From Candidatus Marinacidobacterales bacterium (GTDB lineage: Bacteria; Acidobacteriota; Vicinamibacteria; Marinacidobacterales; SMYC01), in assembly GCA_965224085.1 (NCBI GenBank), contig CBDCYI010000011.1, forward strand, positions 992,001 to 1,056,000: DNA of 64,000 bases, given 5' to 3'. The notes under the pieces are model-generated. The model worked only from the letters and a program-made list of their open reading frames with translations, searched no databases and was not told where the DNA came from. The position numbers were made by a program, and so were the translations under genes. Shown here in pieces: positions 1 to 8,834 of this stretch (within the stretch, counting starts at the first letter, position 1; every line of letters starts with the position of its first letter).

Positions 1-816
1 CGGTGAGCGAAAAAGCCGAGCCACCTAAGACTCGTGTGCAAGAAGTCCGCTCCGAGCAGTCTGGCGTGCGCATCTTCGTCGTTCACAGCGACGAAAGGCT
101 CGCCTACGAGCGCGGGCAGAGGCTGCGGGCCATGGGACGTGCCCGTGCGGCATTCGAGGCCCTCGAGCGCCGCGTGCGCGAGGGACGATTGAAAGCCCCC
201 GAGAAAATCGGTGCCGCCGCCGCGCGCATACAGGCACGCCACCACGGTCACCGTTACTACGACTGGGAGTACAAAAACGCTCGCTTCCGCTTCTTCGAGC
301 ACCCGGTCAACCTCAAGCGCGAGCAAGCCTACGAGGGTAAGTACGTTATTCAAACCGAGGAGCAAAACCTCTCTCCGGTCGACGCCGTGCGCCTTTACAA
401 GGACCTAAACGAGGTCGAGCGAGCCTTCTCATGCCTTAAGGATGTCATTGAGATGCGTCCCGTTTACCACCAGACCGATGAGCGTGTGGAGGCACATCTT
501 TTCGTAGCTACGCTGGCCTTCCTTGTGCATCGGGCTCTTGAGAAAAAGCTCAAGGTCGCCGAACTCGACCTGTCCGCAACCGAGGCACTACAAGCGCTAC
601 GCTCGGTCCGGCTCGTCGACTTACAGCTGGGTTCTGGGCGGACCAAGCGCGTCGTCACGCGCGGCACCGCTCGCGCCAACTCGATCCTGACTGCACTCGG
701 AATCGTTGAACGCGACCCGCCAGCCTTCTCCGAGGAGGTGCTGTCAGCGTAGAGACAAACCGCGGATCTCAGTCCTTTGTTTATGATGACTTAGAGACCT
801 AAAAGGGAAACATGGG
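1..816 (+). mobile_element. IS1634-family insertion sequence, copy 1 (5' part outside window)
   Basis: Near-identical to the complete copies at 47969-49971 and 50607-52609; right end ...AAAAGGGAAACATGGG at 816, followed by CTAG (817-820). Confidence 0.92.
3..752 (+). CDS. IS1634-family DDE transposase, C-terminal part (truncated by window edge)
   Basis: Matches the C-terminal 249 aa of the 591-aa transposases; YKDLNEVERAFSCLK motif carrying the catalytic Glu. Confidence 0.92.
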   Translation: MSEKAEPPKTRVQEVRSEQSGVRIFVVHSDERLAYERGQRLRAMGRARAAFEALERRVREGRLKAPEKIGAAAARIQARHHGHRYYDWEYKNARFRFFEHPVNLKREQAYEGKYVIQTEEQNLSPVDAVRLYKDLNEVERAFSCLKDVIEMRPVYHQTDERVEAHLFVATLAFLVHRALEKKLKVAELDLSATEALQALRSVRLVDLQLGSGRTKRVVTRGTARANSILTALGIVERDPPAFSEEVLSA

Positions 817-1064
817 CTAGGCAAGGGAGCCATTTCGTCGCCCGGATGACCCGATCGAGGCCAGAAATGGGTTGAGGTCGATTCAGCCATTGTGCAATCG
901 GCTCTCATCAAAAGCGGGCCATTCTTAGAAAAATGCCAAAACGTCGCCCGGGGCAGACCTCAACATGTTGTGGAATTCGATTTGAAAGCTACCGTCCGTA
1001 GAGGTCTCATGCCCGACGCACTCACGGGTCCTTAGAAATTGAGGGGAAAACCCACCAAAAACGG

Positions 1065-1093
1065 TTGACGAATCCTAGGTAATCCCTGATAAT
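1065..1093 (+). promoter_or_regulatory. Putative sigma70 promoter upstream of the pilM operon
   Basis: TTGACG-N17-GATAAT in an AT-rich intergenic region. Confidence 0.45.
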
Positions 1094-1131
1094 AAACCAA
1101 AGATTCCAGCACATTTGTGGCGCTTTTTTCC

Positions 1132-1161
1132 TTGACATACAGTTTCTTTGTGCCGTACGCT
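1132..1161 (+). promoter_or_regulatory. Second putative sigma70 promoter upstream of the pilM operon
   Basis: TTGACA-N18-TACGCT. Confidence 0.45.
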
Positions 1162-1207
1162 CATAAAGTACTTTAACATTTTCGTGGTAAGTGTCGCTGA
1201 AACTTAG

Positions 1208-1747
1208 TGTCTCTTCCGGGGATGGTCGAAACCCCTCGCCTTTAGGCGAAGAGAAGATCGTGGTATTGTGGTCGCGTGCGTCACTACAGGCACGGAGCGC
1301 ACACGAAAACGGACCTAAAAGCGCACATCGTTTGGATACCGAAATATCGTAAAAAGGTTTTGATCGGTCCAGTAGCGGTTCGTGTGCGCGATCTGATTCG
1401 TCAGATCGCGATGGAACATGAGCTGCACATAATCTCGGGTAAGGTTGCACGCGACCACGTCCACGTGTTCGTATCCTACCGACCACACCAGGACCTGAGT
1501 ACGATCGTGCAGTGGCTAAAAGGAATAAGCTCCCGAGTACTCCTTCAGGAGTTTGCTCACCTGAGGAAGAAGTTTTGGGGCCGGCACTTCTGGGCCCGAG
1601 GATATCTGGCGGTGAGTTCAGGAAGCATAACGGACGAGATGGTAAAGGAGTACATAGACTCCCAGGATGGCGAGCCTCTTCACGACGACAGTCAATTTCC
1701 AATTGACAGCCCTTGAAGCCACCGCCTTCTAGGCGGTGGTTGTTCAC
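1208..1747 (+). mobile_element. IS200/IS605-family element (tnpA only, 540 bp), copy A
   Basis: Matches 63025-63564 (inverted) apart from one synonymous change I noticed; begins after TTAG (1204-1207); subterminal hairpins TCGCC-TTTA-GGCGA and CCACCGCC-TTCTA-GGCGGTGG; no target duplication. Confidence 0.92.
1276..1716 (+). CDS. tnpA: IS200-type Y1 HUH transposase TnpA
   Basis: HIVWIPKYR start motif, HUH motif DHVHVF, FWARGY, catalytic Tyr in KEYIDSQ. Confidence 0.95.
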   Translation: MRHYRHGAHTKTDLKAHIVWIPKYRKKVLIGPVAVRVRDLIRQIAMEHELHIISGKVARDHVHVFVSYRPHQDLSTIVQWLKGISSRVLLQEFAHLRKKFWGRHFWARGYLAVSSGSITDEMVKEYIDSQDGEPLHDDSQFPIDSP

Positions 1748-1769
1748 TTGAGCTCGGGAGCTTGGGCCG

Positions 1770-2834
1770 ATGGGTCTCTTCAGTAAGAAGAAGAATTTGG
1801 TCGGACTGGATATTGGGTCGAGTTCCGTCAAAGCCGTCGAAATGAAACCCGGCAAGGGAGACACTTGGCAGCTTTCGACGATTGGACTCGAGTACTTGCC
1901 CCAGGAGGCCATCGTCGACGGGCAGATCATGGACTCGACGTCCGTTATCGACGCGATCCAGAAGCTTTTTTCTGAGTATCGGATCAAGACACAGGATGTC
2001 GCGACAGCGATCAGCGGAAGCTCCGTCATCGTCAAGAAAATCCAGCTACCTGCGATGACCGAACAAGAGCTTGCGGAATCCATCCACTGGGAGGCGGAGC
2101 AGTACATCCCGTTCGATATCCAGGAGGTCAACCTGGACTACCAGGTCGTTGATCCTGGTAATGACGGCGGCAACATGGATATCCTCCTCGTCGCCGCCAA
2201 GAAGGACAAAATCAACGACTATCAGAGCGTCATCACCCAGGCCGGCAGGAACCCCGTCGTGATAGACGTAGACGCTTTCGCGCTCCAGAACGCCTACGAG
2301 ATGAACTACGGTGCCGAGCCGGGCCGGGTCGTTGCGATGGCCAATATCGGTGCGAGCCAGACGAATATTAATGTAGTTCGCGGCGATACCTCGATCTTCA
2401 CCCGCGACATCACGACGATTGGCGGGAACCAGTTCACTGAGTCCATCCAGAAAGACCTCAACGTCTCCTACGAGCAAGCTGAGAACATGAAACAAGGCCG
2501 TGGCGAGGGCTCGGAGTCCGTCGCCGGCATCTTGCAGTCGGTCACGGAGCAGGCCTTGATGGAGATCCAGAAGACCTTCGACTTCTTCAAAGCCACGACG
2601 TCCGAGGATCGGATCGATCGCGTCGTTCTGAGCGGTGGAAGTGCCCGTATCCCTGGTCTGTCCGAGGCGATGTCGGAGCGCTTCGACTCTCGAGTGGAAA
2701 TTTTCAATCCTTTCCAAAACGTCACCTACAACCCGAAAGATTTTGATGCTGAGTTTCTCGAAGAAGTCGGCCCGGCGTGCGCTATCGCCGTCGGCCTAGC
2801 CATGAGAAAGGCGAGTGAGTATGATTCGCGTTAA
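1770..2834 (+). CDS. pilM: Type IV pilus assembly protein PilM (actin-like)
   Basis: VGLDIGSSSVK, EAEQYIPFD, LSGGSA motifs; first gene of pilMNOPQ. Confidence 0.95.
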   Translation: MGLFSKKKNLVGLDIGSSSVKAVEMKPGKGDTWQLSTIGLEYLPQEAIVDGQIMDSTSVIDAIQKLFSEYRIKTQDVATAISGSSVIVKKIQLPAMTEQELAESIHWEAEQYIPFDIQEVNLDYQVVDPGNDGGNMDILLVAAKKDKINDYQSVITQAGRNPVVIDVDAFALQNAYEMNYGAEPGRVVAMANIGASQTNINVVRGDTSIFTRDITTIGGNQFTESIQKDLNVSYEQAENMKQGRGEGSESVAGILQSVTEQALMEIQKTFDFFKATTSEDRIDRVVLSGGSARIPGLSEAMSERFDSRVEIFNPFQNVTYNPKDFDAEFLEEVGPACAIAVGLAMRKASEYDSR

Positions 2835-3453
2835 CTTACTGGGTACTCAAGATCCAGGCGGTGCAGGTCCCCTTGCCGAGCCTTTCGGAGGCGGTGACGC
2901 TTCCGAGAAAAAAGGCATCGTTTTCGGTATTGCGATTCTCGGGATCGCTGTCGGCGCCATCGCTTTCCAATGGCTCGGCTCCACACGAGAGATCAATCAG
3001 CTCGACGAAGAAATCAACGAGATGACTCAGGAAAAGGCGCGCCTCGAGCCCATCATCGTTCAGGTGGAGGAGTATCAAGCGAAGCTCGCCGAGCTCGAGG
3101 AAAAGGAGCGCCTGATCGAACGCCTCAAAACTGAGCGCCAAGGTCCCGTTCGTATGCTCGACGCGCTTTCCTCGGAGCTTCCGGATTTCGTGTGGCTGAC
3201 CGACCTCGCGCAGAATGGTCCCCAGGTGACGATCGATGGCATGGCGGCTTCGCTCGTGAGCGTTGCCGACTACATTCGAAAGCTCGAAGACAGCGATTGG
3301 TTCCAAAACGTCGAGCTCGTGGACGCGTCGGTGAACGCCCGGCAGGAACAGGAGTTCACGGAATTTCAGCTGCGTACGCAGCTCGTCGCGCCTTCGAGCT
3401 CGACGGACCCGCAAACGGCTGGAGGCGCCGCGGCACCCGCCGGGGCACAGTAG
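2821..3453 (+). CDS. pilN: Type IV pilus assembly protein PilN
   Basis: MIRVNLL N-terminus, TM helix, coiled coil, LPDFVWLT; synteny. Confidence 0.9.
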   Translation: MIRVNLLGTQDPGGAGPLAEPFGGGDASEKKGIVFGIAILGIAVGAIAFQWLGSTREINQLDEEINEMTQEKARLEPIIVQVEEYQAKLAELEEKERLIERLKTERQGPVRMLDALSSELPDFVWLTDLAQNGPQVTIDGMAASLVSVADYIRKLEDSDWFQNVELVDASVNARQEQEFTEFQLRTQLVAPSSSTDPQTAGGAAAPAGAQ

Positions 3454-3465
3454 GGAGAGGCAGTC

Positions 3466-4035
3466 ATGGGCAAACTAGGTTTCGGAACTCAGGTTTTCGT
3501 GTTCGCCTTCTTGGGCGCCATCCTCTACGGAGTGTTCTTCATCTGGTTTCACGGCCCGAATCAGCAGGAGATCGCGGACAAGACGAACCAGAGAAGAACC
3601 CTCCTAGCGGAAGTCGAGAACGCCAAGACGACGGCTGCGAGGCTTCCCGAGTTTCGCCGTGAGGTCGAGCGCAAAGAAGCGACTCTCCAAGCGCTCTCTC
3701 GGATCCTTCCGAGCCGGAAGGAAGTTGACGACCTTCTGCGCAAGGTACAACAGCTCGCCGCGGAATCGAGCATCGAAGTGCTTCGCTTTCGCCCCGAGGC
3801 GACACGGCCTCAAGATTTCTATGCCGAGTTTCCAATAACCCTGGACCTCGACGGCAGCTACCACAACCTCGCCTATTTCTTCGACCGGTTGAGCCGGCTC
3901 TCCCGCATCGTCAACGTCTCGAATCTCACGATCGAATCGAAGCGCGATCCGACGATTTCATCCACGATCTCCGCGTCGTGCACGGCAACGACGTTCGTTT
4001 TCATTGAACCGATCGGCGCAAGCACGAGCCAATAA
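3466..4035 (+). CDS. pilO: Type IV pilus assembly protein PilO
   Basis: LPSRKEV, FYAEFPI, GSYHNL, LSRIVNV motifs; synteny. Confidence 0.92.
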   Translation: MGKLGFGTQVFVFAFLGAILYGVFFIWFHGPNQQEIADKTNQRRTLLAEVENAKTTAARLPEFRREVERKEATLQALSRILPSRKEVDDLLRKVQQLAAESSIEVLRFRPEATRPQDFYAEFPITLDLDGSYHNLAYFFDRLSRLSRIVNVSNLTIESKRDPTISSTISASCTATTFVFIEPIGASTSQ

Positions 4036-4107
4036 GCCCGAAAACTAGACTCCATATAGATCCTAAACCCGACCAAGACAATGCTTCAAATGCCCGAGGT
4101 ACGAGCC

Positions 4108-4650
4108 ATGCGGTCGCGATTACTGCCTGCTAGCTTTGCGCTCGTGGCCGTTGTGGTGGCAGGGACGAGCTCTGCGCAGACCGAAGGTGCTGCGGGAGCT
4201 CAGAGCGCCGCCGAAGGCCAAGAGGCTCCGGAAGCTGCCGGGGATGCGCCCGAGCAGGACGCTCCTAGCCTTGTCCCACAGGGCATCGAGATTACCGAAG
4301 GACCCGGATTCCGTTACACATCTCGAGGGCGCCGTGACCCGTTTGTGAGCCTTGCCCTGGGCGTCAACGTTCTGGCGCCGGAAATCCGGCCACCCGGTCT
4401 GCAGGGAATGTTGATTCAGGAAGTCACCCTTCGCGGGATCGTCAAGACTCTCGATGGCCACATCGCTATGATCCAGGGAACCGACAACAAAAGTTATTTC
4501 GCGAGGGCCGGTGAACGGCTCTACGACGGTCACATTGACCGAATCGATGACGAAAAAGTCGTCTTTCGACAGGAGATCAACGACCCCTTGCGTATCGAAA
4601 AATTCCAAGAAGTAGAAAAAACGCTGCATCCGGTGGAGGAGCAACGATGA
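4108..4650 (+). CDS. pilP: PilP-like pilus assembly protein
   Basis: Signal peptide, GRRDPF motif, beta-domain; lies between pilO and pilQ. Confidence 0.8.
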   Translation: MRSRLLPASFALVAVVVAGTSSAQTEGAAGAQSAAEGQEAPEAAGDAPEQDAPSLVPQGIEITEGPGFRYTSRGRRDPFVSLALGVNVLAPEIRPPGLQGMLIQEVTLRGIVKTLDGHIAMIQGTDNKSYFARAGERLYDGHIDRIDDEKVVFRQEINDPLRIEKFQEVEKTLHPVEEQR

Positions 4651-7307
4651 AACCTTCGAGGTCATATCTCCGTCCCCTGCTGCTCATTGTGCTCGCGACC
4701 ACGACCCAGGTGGCGGGAGCGGCGGCTTATCAGCTCGGTGAGGAGGCAGAGGCCTCCTCAGCTGCGGTGCGTGCCGTTCGCTTCCACGTCGAGCCAAGTC
4801 AGACGCGCGTGTGGTTGGAGACGACCGGGGCGGTTCTTTATACGTATTACAGTCCCGACCCGCTCACTCTCGTCATCGACATACCCGGCGTCGACGTGTC
4901 GGCGCTACCCGAGCGTACCGTTGTAGGCAGCCGCGAGGTCGAGTCTATTCTCGCGACCAGCCTCGGAGGAGTCGGCGGCAGGCGGCTGTCGCGTCTCGAG
5001 ATCAAGCTCGCCACCATCGCTCCGTACCACTTTACGGGGTCGGAGCACGCGCTCAACGTTACGTTCGACGGTGAGGAGGCGCCCGAGCCCGAGACGATGC
5101 GCCCTCTCGCTGCTCTAGAGCCTCTAGCGTCGGCCACCCACCAGTCCGAGCCCGCTCTCGATCGCGTCGCGCCTGGCGAAGCGCCGGTACAGACGGCCAC
5201 TCTGGACGGTGTCGAGGAGATTGCTGCGGCTCCGGCCGTCGAAATCCGCGAGCAACCCATAGCGCCGCCGCCGTTTCCAAGCCACTCCGCCTCCGCCATC
5301 AGCAATATTTCGCACGAGCTGCTCGGGGACATCCTAACCGTTCGCCTCGCCGCGGATGGCCAGCTGAACTATACGAGCTTTACCCTCGATGGCCCGCGCC
5401 GTCTTGTTTTCGACTTCAACGGTATCTTGAACGCGGTCCCGCGCGCGGCCCTTACGATCGAAGATTTCCCCGGCGTCGCCCGCATCCGTGTTGCCCAGTT
5501 CCGCTCCGCCAACCCTCGTATCACGCGCATCGTCTTTGACCTCGACGACGAGGTCTCGCATCGGACGTTCGATCAAAAAGAGGGACTCGAGATCGCGTTC
5601 GCGGCCTCCGAAGCGAGCTTTGCTCCCGCCCGCGCCTCCATCGCACCCTCCCTCGCCTCCATCGAAGACGCGCAAGAGAGCGTGGAGATGGAAGCTCCGC
5701 TCGCGGCGATACCCAATACGACAGAAGACGAAACGCTCACCGTGGCCACCATGACGGCCGATTCCGAGAACGCCTATCTCGTGCGCGACGCGTCTCTGAG
5801 TTCACGCGACCCGTCTCTAAGCTCAGAGGATGGCGGTTCGTTTCAAACCGCGGCCCGCGTCGCCCAAGATCTCTCGTTCGCCGACCCGAGGGCGCCTATG
5901 CTTCCCGTTCCTCCTCCGCCGCAAGTTACAGGCACGGGAGATTCCGCGCCCGGAACGACGGTGGCCGGACAACCGACCGAATCCACGCAATATACCGGTG
6001 AGCTCATTAGTCTCGATTTCAAGGACGGCGACATCCAGGACATTTTCCGGCTCTTCGCCGAAATCAGCGGCTTGAACATCGTCGTACAGCCCGGTGTTGC
6101 GGGGCGCATCACGCTCCGGCTGACGGAAGTTCCTTGGGATCAGGCTCTCGAGCTCATTCTCAAGACGAACAAGCTCGGCTATATCGTCGACGGGAACGTC
6201 ATCCGTATAGCACCTCTATCCGAACTCGCCGCTGAAGAGGCCGAAAAACGCCGTCTCGCGGAAGAAAAGGCTCTCGCCGGTGACCTCTTCACGGAAACTC
6301 GCGTGCTCTCCTACGCGAAAGCTTCCGAGATCCAACCGCTCCTGCAGCGCAACTTGTCGGCGCGCGGCGATATTGTCATCGATGAGCGCACGAACACGGT
6401 CATCTTCACCGATCTCATCGAGCAGGTGACGGACATCAATACACTCATCGACTCCCTCGATACGCCCATCCCCGGCGTCGAGATCGAAGCGCGGATCATC
6501 GTCACCACGCGCACCTTCGAGAGGCAACTCGGTGTGCAGTGGGGCTTCACGAGCAATCAGACCCAGGAGCTCGGGAACACGACAGAGCTCACATTCCCGA
6601 ACCGGGTGCAGTTCGACGGCCAGCCCATCGGATCCACTGCGGCCCAGCAATTCACCGCATCCACGGCCGGGGGTGGGCTCGCGCCTCCGACGTTTCTCGA
6701 AGGCGCCAGCACGGTTCAGCGCGGCTACGCCGTCAACTTGCCTTTCGCGGGCTCTCCCACGGGCGCCGTGGGGCTCTCGCTCGGCAGCATTACCGGTTCT
6801 TTTAGCATCGACGCCGCGATCTCCGCTGCGGAGCGTCGAGGACAAGTCCGGGTGATCTCGGCTCCGAAGATTATCACCCAGAACAATCAAAGCGCTGAGA
6901 TCAAACAAGGTACGACCTTCCCCGTTCAGGTGGTGGCGAATAACACGATAACGGTGCAGTTCAAGGAGGCGATTCTCGAGCTCAACGTCACGCCGCAAAT
7001 CACTTCGGCGAGCACCATCATCCTGGACATCGAGATAAATAACGACATCCCTGATTTCTCGCGTCCGGTCAACGGCATTCCTAGTATCCGGACCCAGTCC
7101 GCTACGACCCAGGTGCTCATGGCGGACGGCGAGACCACGGTCATTGGTGGCGTCTTCGTGAACACCCAAACCACCGCCGAACAATATGTGCCACTTCTTC
7201 ACAAGATCCCGATCCTTGGCTATCTGTTCAAAGCTACGGAAAGCGAAAACATGAACGAGGAACTTCTGATTTTCCTGACGCCTCGAATTCGGAAAGACGC
7301 GGTTTAG
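4647..7307 (+). CDS. pilQ: Type IV pilus secretin PilQ with N-terminal AMIN domains
   Basis: YTGELISLDFKD, VPWDQAL, DERTNT, VPLLHKIPILGYLF, ELLIFLTPRI secretin motifs; two AMIN-like regions. Confidence 0.95.
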   Translation: MKPSRSYLRPLLLIVLATTTQVAGAAAYQLGEEAEASSAAVRAVRFHVEPSQTRVWLETTGAVLYTYYSPDPLTLVIDIPGVDVSALPERTVVGSREVESILATSLGGVGGRRLSRLEIKLATIAPYHFTGSEHALNVTFDGEEAPEPETMRPLAALEPLASATHQSEPALDRVAPGEAPVQTATLDGVEEIAAAPAVEIREQPIAPPPFPSHSASAISNISHELLGDILTVRLAADGQLNYTSFTLDGPRRLVFDFNGILNAVPRAALTIEDFPGVARIRVAQFRSANPRITRIVFDLDDEVSHRTFDQKEGLEIAFAASEASFAPARASIAPSLASIEDAQESVEMEAPLAAIPNTTEDETLTVATMTADSENAYLVRDASLSSRDPSLSSEDGGSFQTAARVAQDLSFADPRAPMLPVPPPPQVTGTGDSAPGTTVAGQPTESTQYTGELISLDFKDGDIQDIFRLFAEISGLNIVVQPGVAGRITLRLTEVPWDQALELILKTNKLGYIVDGNVIRIAPLSELAAEEAEKRRLAEEKALAGDLFTETRVLSYAKASEIQPLLQRNLSARGDIVIDERTNTVIFTDLIEQVTDINTLIDSLDTPIPGVEIEARIIVTTRTFERQLGVQWGFTSNQTQELGNTTELTFPNRVQFDGQPIGSTAAQQFTASTAGGGLAPPTFLEGASTVQRGYAVNLPFAGSPTGAVGLSLGSITGSFSIDAAISAAERRGQVRVISAPKIITQNNQSAEIKQGTTFPVQVVANNTITVQFKEAILELNVTPQITSASTIILDIEINNDIPDFSRPVNGIPSIRTQSATTQVLMADGETTVIGGVFVNTQTTAEQYVPLLHKIPILGYLFKATESENMNEELLIFLTPRIRKDAV

Positions 7308-7319
7308 GAGGGGAATCTA

Positions 7320-7916
7320 ATGAGGCTTACGACACAAATGGCTTCCTGGAAGAGCCTTTCGCTCCTTTCTTTTCTCGTGCTCTTGCAGCTCAGCGGGTGC
7401 AGGACGAGCAGCGAAGACAACGACACGACGAATACTTTCGTCGTCATCGTCAGCATGGCATCTACCCAAGGTGACGATCTCAACTCCGATGTGTGCATCG
7501 ACGTTGACGGTGTCTGTTCCGTCCAAAATGACGTCGGTGAGGTAGTGATGGAGGCGCAGGTCAAGAATTTGAAAGACGTGTCGTCGGTGGTGAACGACAT
7601 CGTGTTCACGCGCTATCGTGTGACCTTCGTCCGTGCAGATGGTCGCAACGTGCCAGGCGTCGACGTGCCGTTTCCCTTCGACGGAGTCGCGAATTTCCGG
7701 GTTCCAGCTGACCAGTCGGCAGTTACCCGCACGTTCTTGCTCGTGCGTGTCCAGGCGAAGCTCGAATCCCCTCTACGGGAGCTCCGCACTCTTGGGGGCT
7801 CAAAGGTGATCTCCACGATCGCCCGCGTTGACTTCTTCGGAACGGACATCGCCGGCAGACAGATCCAAGTCACAGGCTATATCAATGTTACTTTTGCCGA
7901 CTTTGCCGACAGCTAG
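7320..7916 (+). CDS. Uncharacterised lipoprotein in the pilQ operon
   Basis: Lipobox-like LSGC, beta-rich mature part, RBS GGAGG, 12 bp after pilQ. Confidence 0.75.
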   Translation: MRLTTQMASWKSLSLLSFLVLLQLSGCRTSSEDNDTTNTFVVIVSMASTQGDDLNSDVCIDVDGVCSVQNDVGEVVMEAQVKNLKDVSSVVNDIVFTRYRVTFVRADGRNVPGVDVPFPFDGVANFRVPADQSAVTRTFLLVRVQAKLESPLRELRTLGGSKVISTIARVDFFGTDIAGRQIQVTGYINVTFADFADS

Positions 7917-7970
7917 CGAGGCGCGACTATGACCATCCAACAGAAGGCTCCTTCCGCGCAGGGAGGTAAG

Positions 7971-8735
7971 ATGATGACGAAGTGGCTATGGCTTCCGGCT
8001 GCTTTCGGTCTCGTGCTCTGCGCCGCCTGCACTTTGGACGACCCGAACCCGCCGGAGCTCGCCGGGCCCTCCGAGCTCGGTTTGGCCATCGAGCTGCGGG
8101 CCGTTCCGGACCAGTTCGTCTCGGACGGCTTCTCGAGCTCGATTATCGAGGCTGTCGTCCGTGACGCAAACGCTCAGCGCGCGCAAGGCCGAACGATCAG
8201 TTTCGACATCACGCGAGGCGGCGATTTTCTCGATCTGGGAAACCTCGCGCCCGTCAACGGCGCCAGACCTGCCGCGGGCGGTGTGGAATCCGGTGCAACT
8301 TCCGCCGTAAGCGACGCCAATGGCGTTGCACGTGTCCGCTACTGGGCACCCTTCCGGACCGACCAAGCCAACGATGTCATTGTGAGCATCACGGGACGGG
8401 AGGCGTCGGTCAACTTCAGCAATCAATCTCACCGAACGGTGCAGATCTTTTTGCGCGCAGCGAACCGGCCGAGCTTCTCGGGCAGCAGCGTTTGCGGCTT
8501 CATCCGCGAGCCCAACAAGCCTTCGTACAACAGAAACGAATCTATCGCGCTTACTGCCAGCCAGCGAATCGGCGACACGGACACCGATGGCTGTGTCGGC
8601 AACGAAATCGCGCGCTATGAGTGGGACATCGATGGTGAGTTCTACGACGCCACGCGCGATGTCGTCGTATCGTTCTCTAAGGCCGGTGACTACGTTATTA
8701 CGCTTGTCACGACCGAAGCCGTCACCGGTTGCTAG
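7971..8735 (+). CDS. Lipoprotein with Ig-like and PKD-like domains; probable premature TAG (reads on to 8768)
   Basis: Lipobox CAAC; SDANGVARV Ig-like motif; ARYEWD...AGDYVITL PKD-like motif; in-frame continuation DSCPQTITVN after the TAG. Confidence 0.7.
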   Translation: MMTKWLWLPAAFGLVLCAACTLDDPNPPELAGPSELGLAIELRAVPDQFVSDGFSSSIIEAVVRDANAQRAQGRTISFDITRGGDFLDLGNLAPVNGARPAAGGVESGATSAVSDANGVARVRYWAPFRTDQANDVIVSITGREASVNFSNQSHRTVQIFLRAANRPSFSGSSVCGFIREPNKPSYNRNESIALTASQRIGDTDTDGCVGNEIARYEWDIDGEFYDATRDVVVSFSKAGDYVITLVTTEAVTGC

Positions 8736-8787
8736 GATTCGTGCCCGCAGACGATTACTGTAAACTGAGAGGGTAAAGTAGAACCCG

Positions 8788-8815
8788 GGGCGGAGCTTAG
8801 GCGCTCCGCCCTTTC
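8788..8815 (+). terminator. Probable intrinsic terminator
   Basis: GGGCGGAGC-loop-GCTCCGCCC followed by TTTC. Confidence 0.6.
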
Positions 8816-8834
8816 GTCTCACCCCGTTAGTTGA

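Noticed and set aside
821-1200. Possible riboswitch/ncRNA or sigma54 promoter upstream of pilM
   Set aside because: No recognisable aptamer consensus by eye; the TGGCGC near 1118 lacks the -12 GC. An Rfam scan would be needed.
1717-1769. TnpB or omega-RNA associated with IS200
   Set aside because: The element ends about 30 bp after tnpA; there is no room for tnpB in either copy.
1022-2131. 369-aa minus-strand ORF sharing sequence with ORF 63025-63738
   Set aside because: The shared part is just the antisense of the IS200 element.
5784-5825. 21-bp imperfect duplication in the pilQ linker (also a 12-bp one near 33345)
   Set aside because: In-frame change in a low-complexity linker; no functional signal.
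8733-8735. TAG recoding (pyrrolysine or stop reassignment) to explain the in-frame TAG
   Set aside because: Many conserved genes here (pilN, pilQ, accB, accC, pilC) end correctly at TAG; no pyl genes seen.
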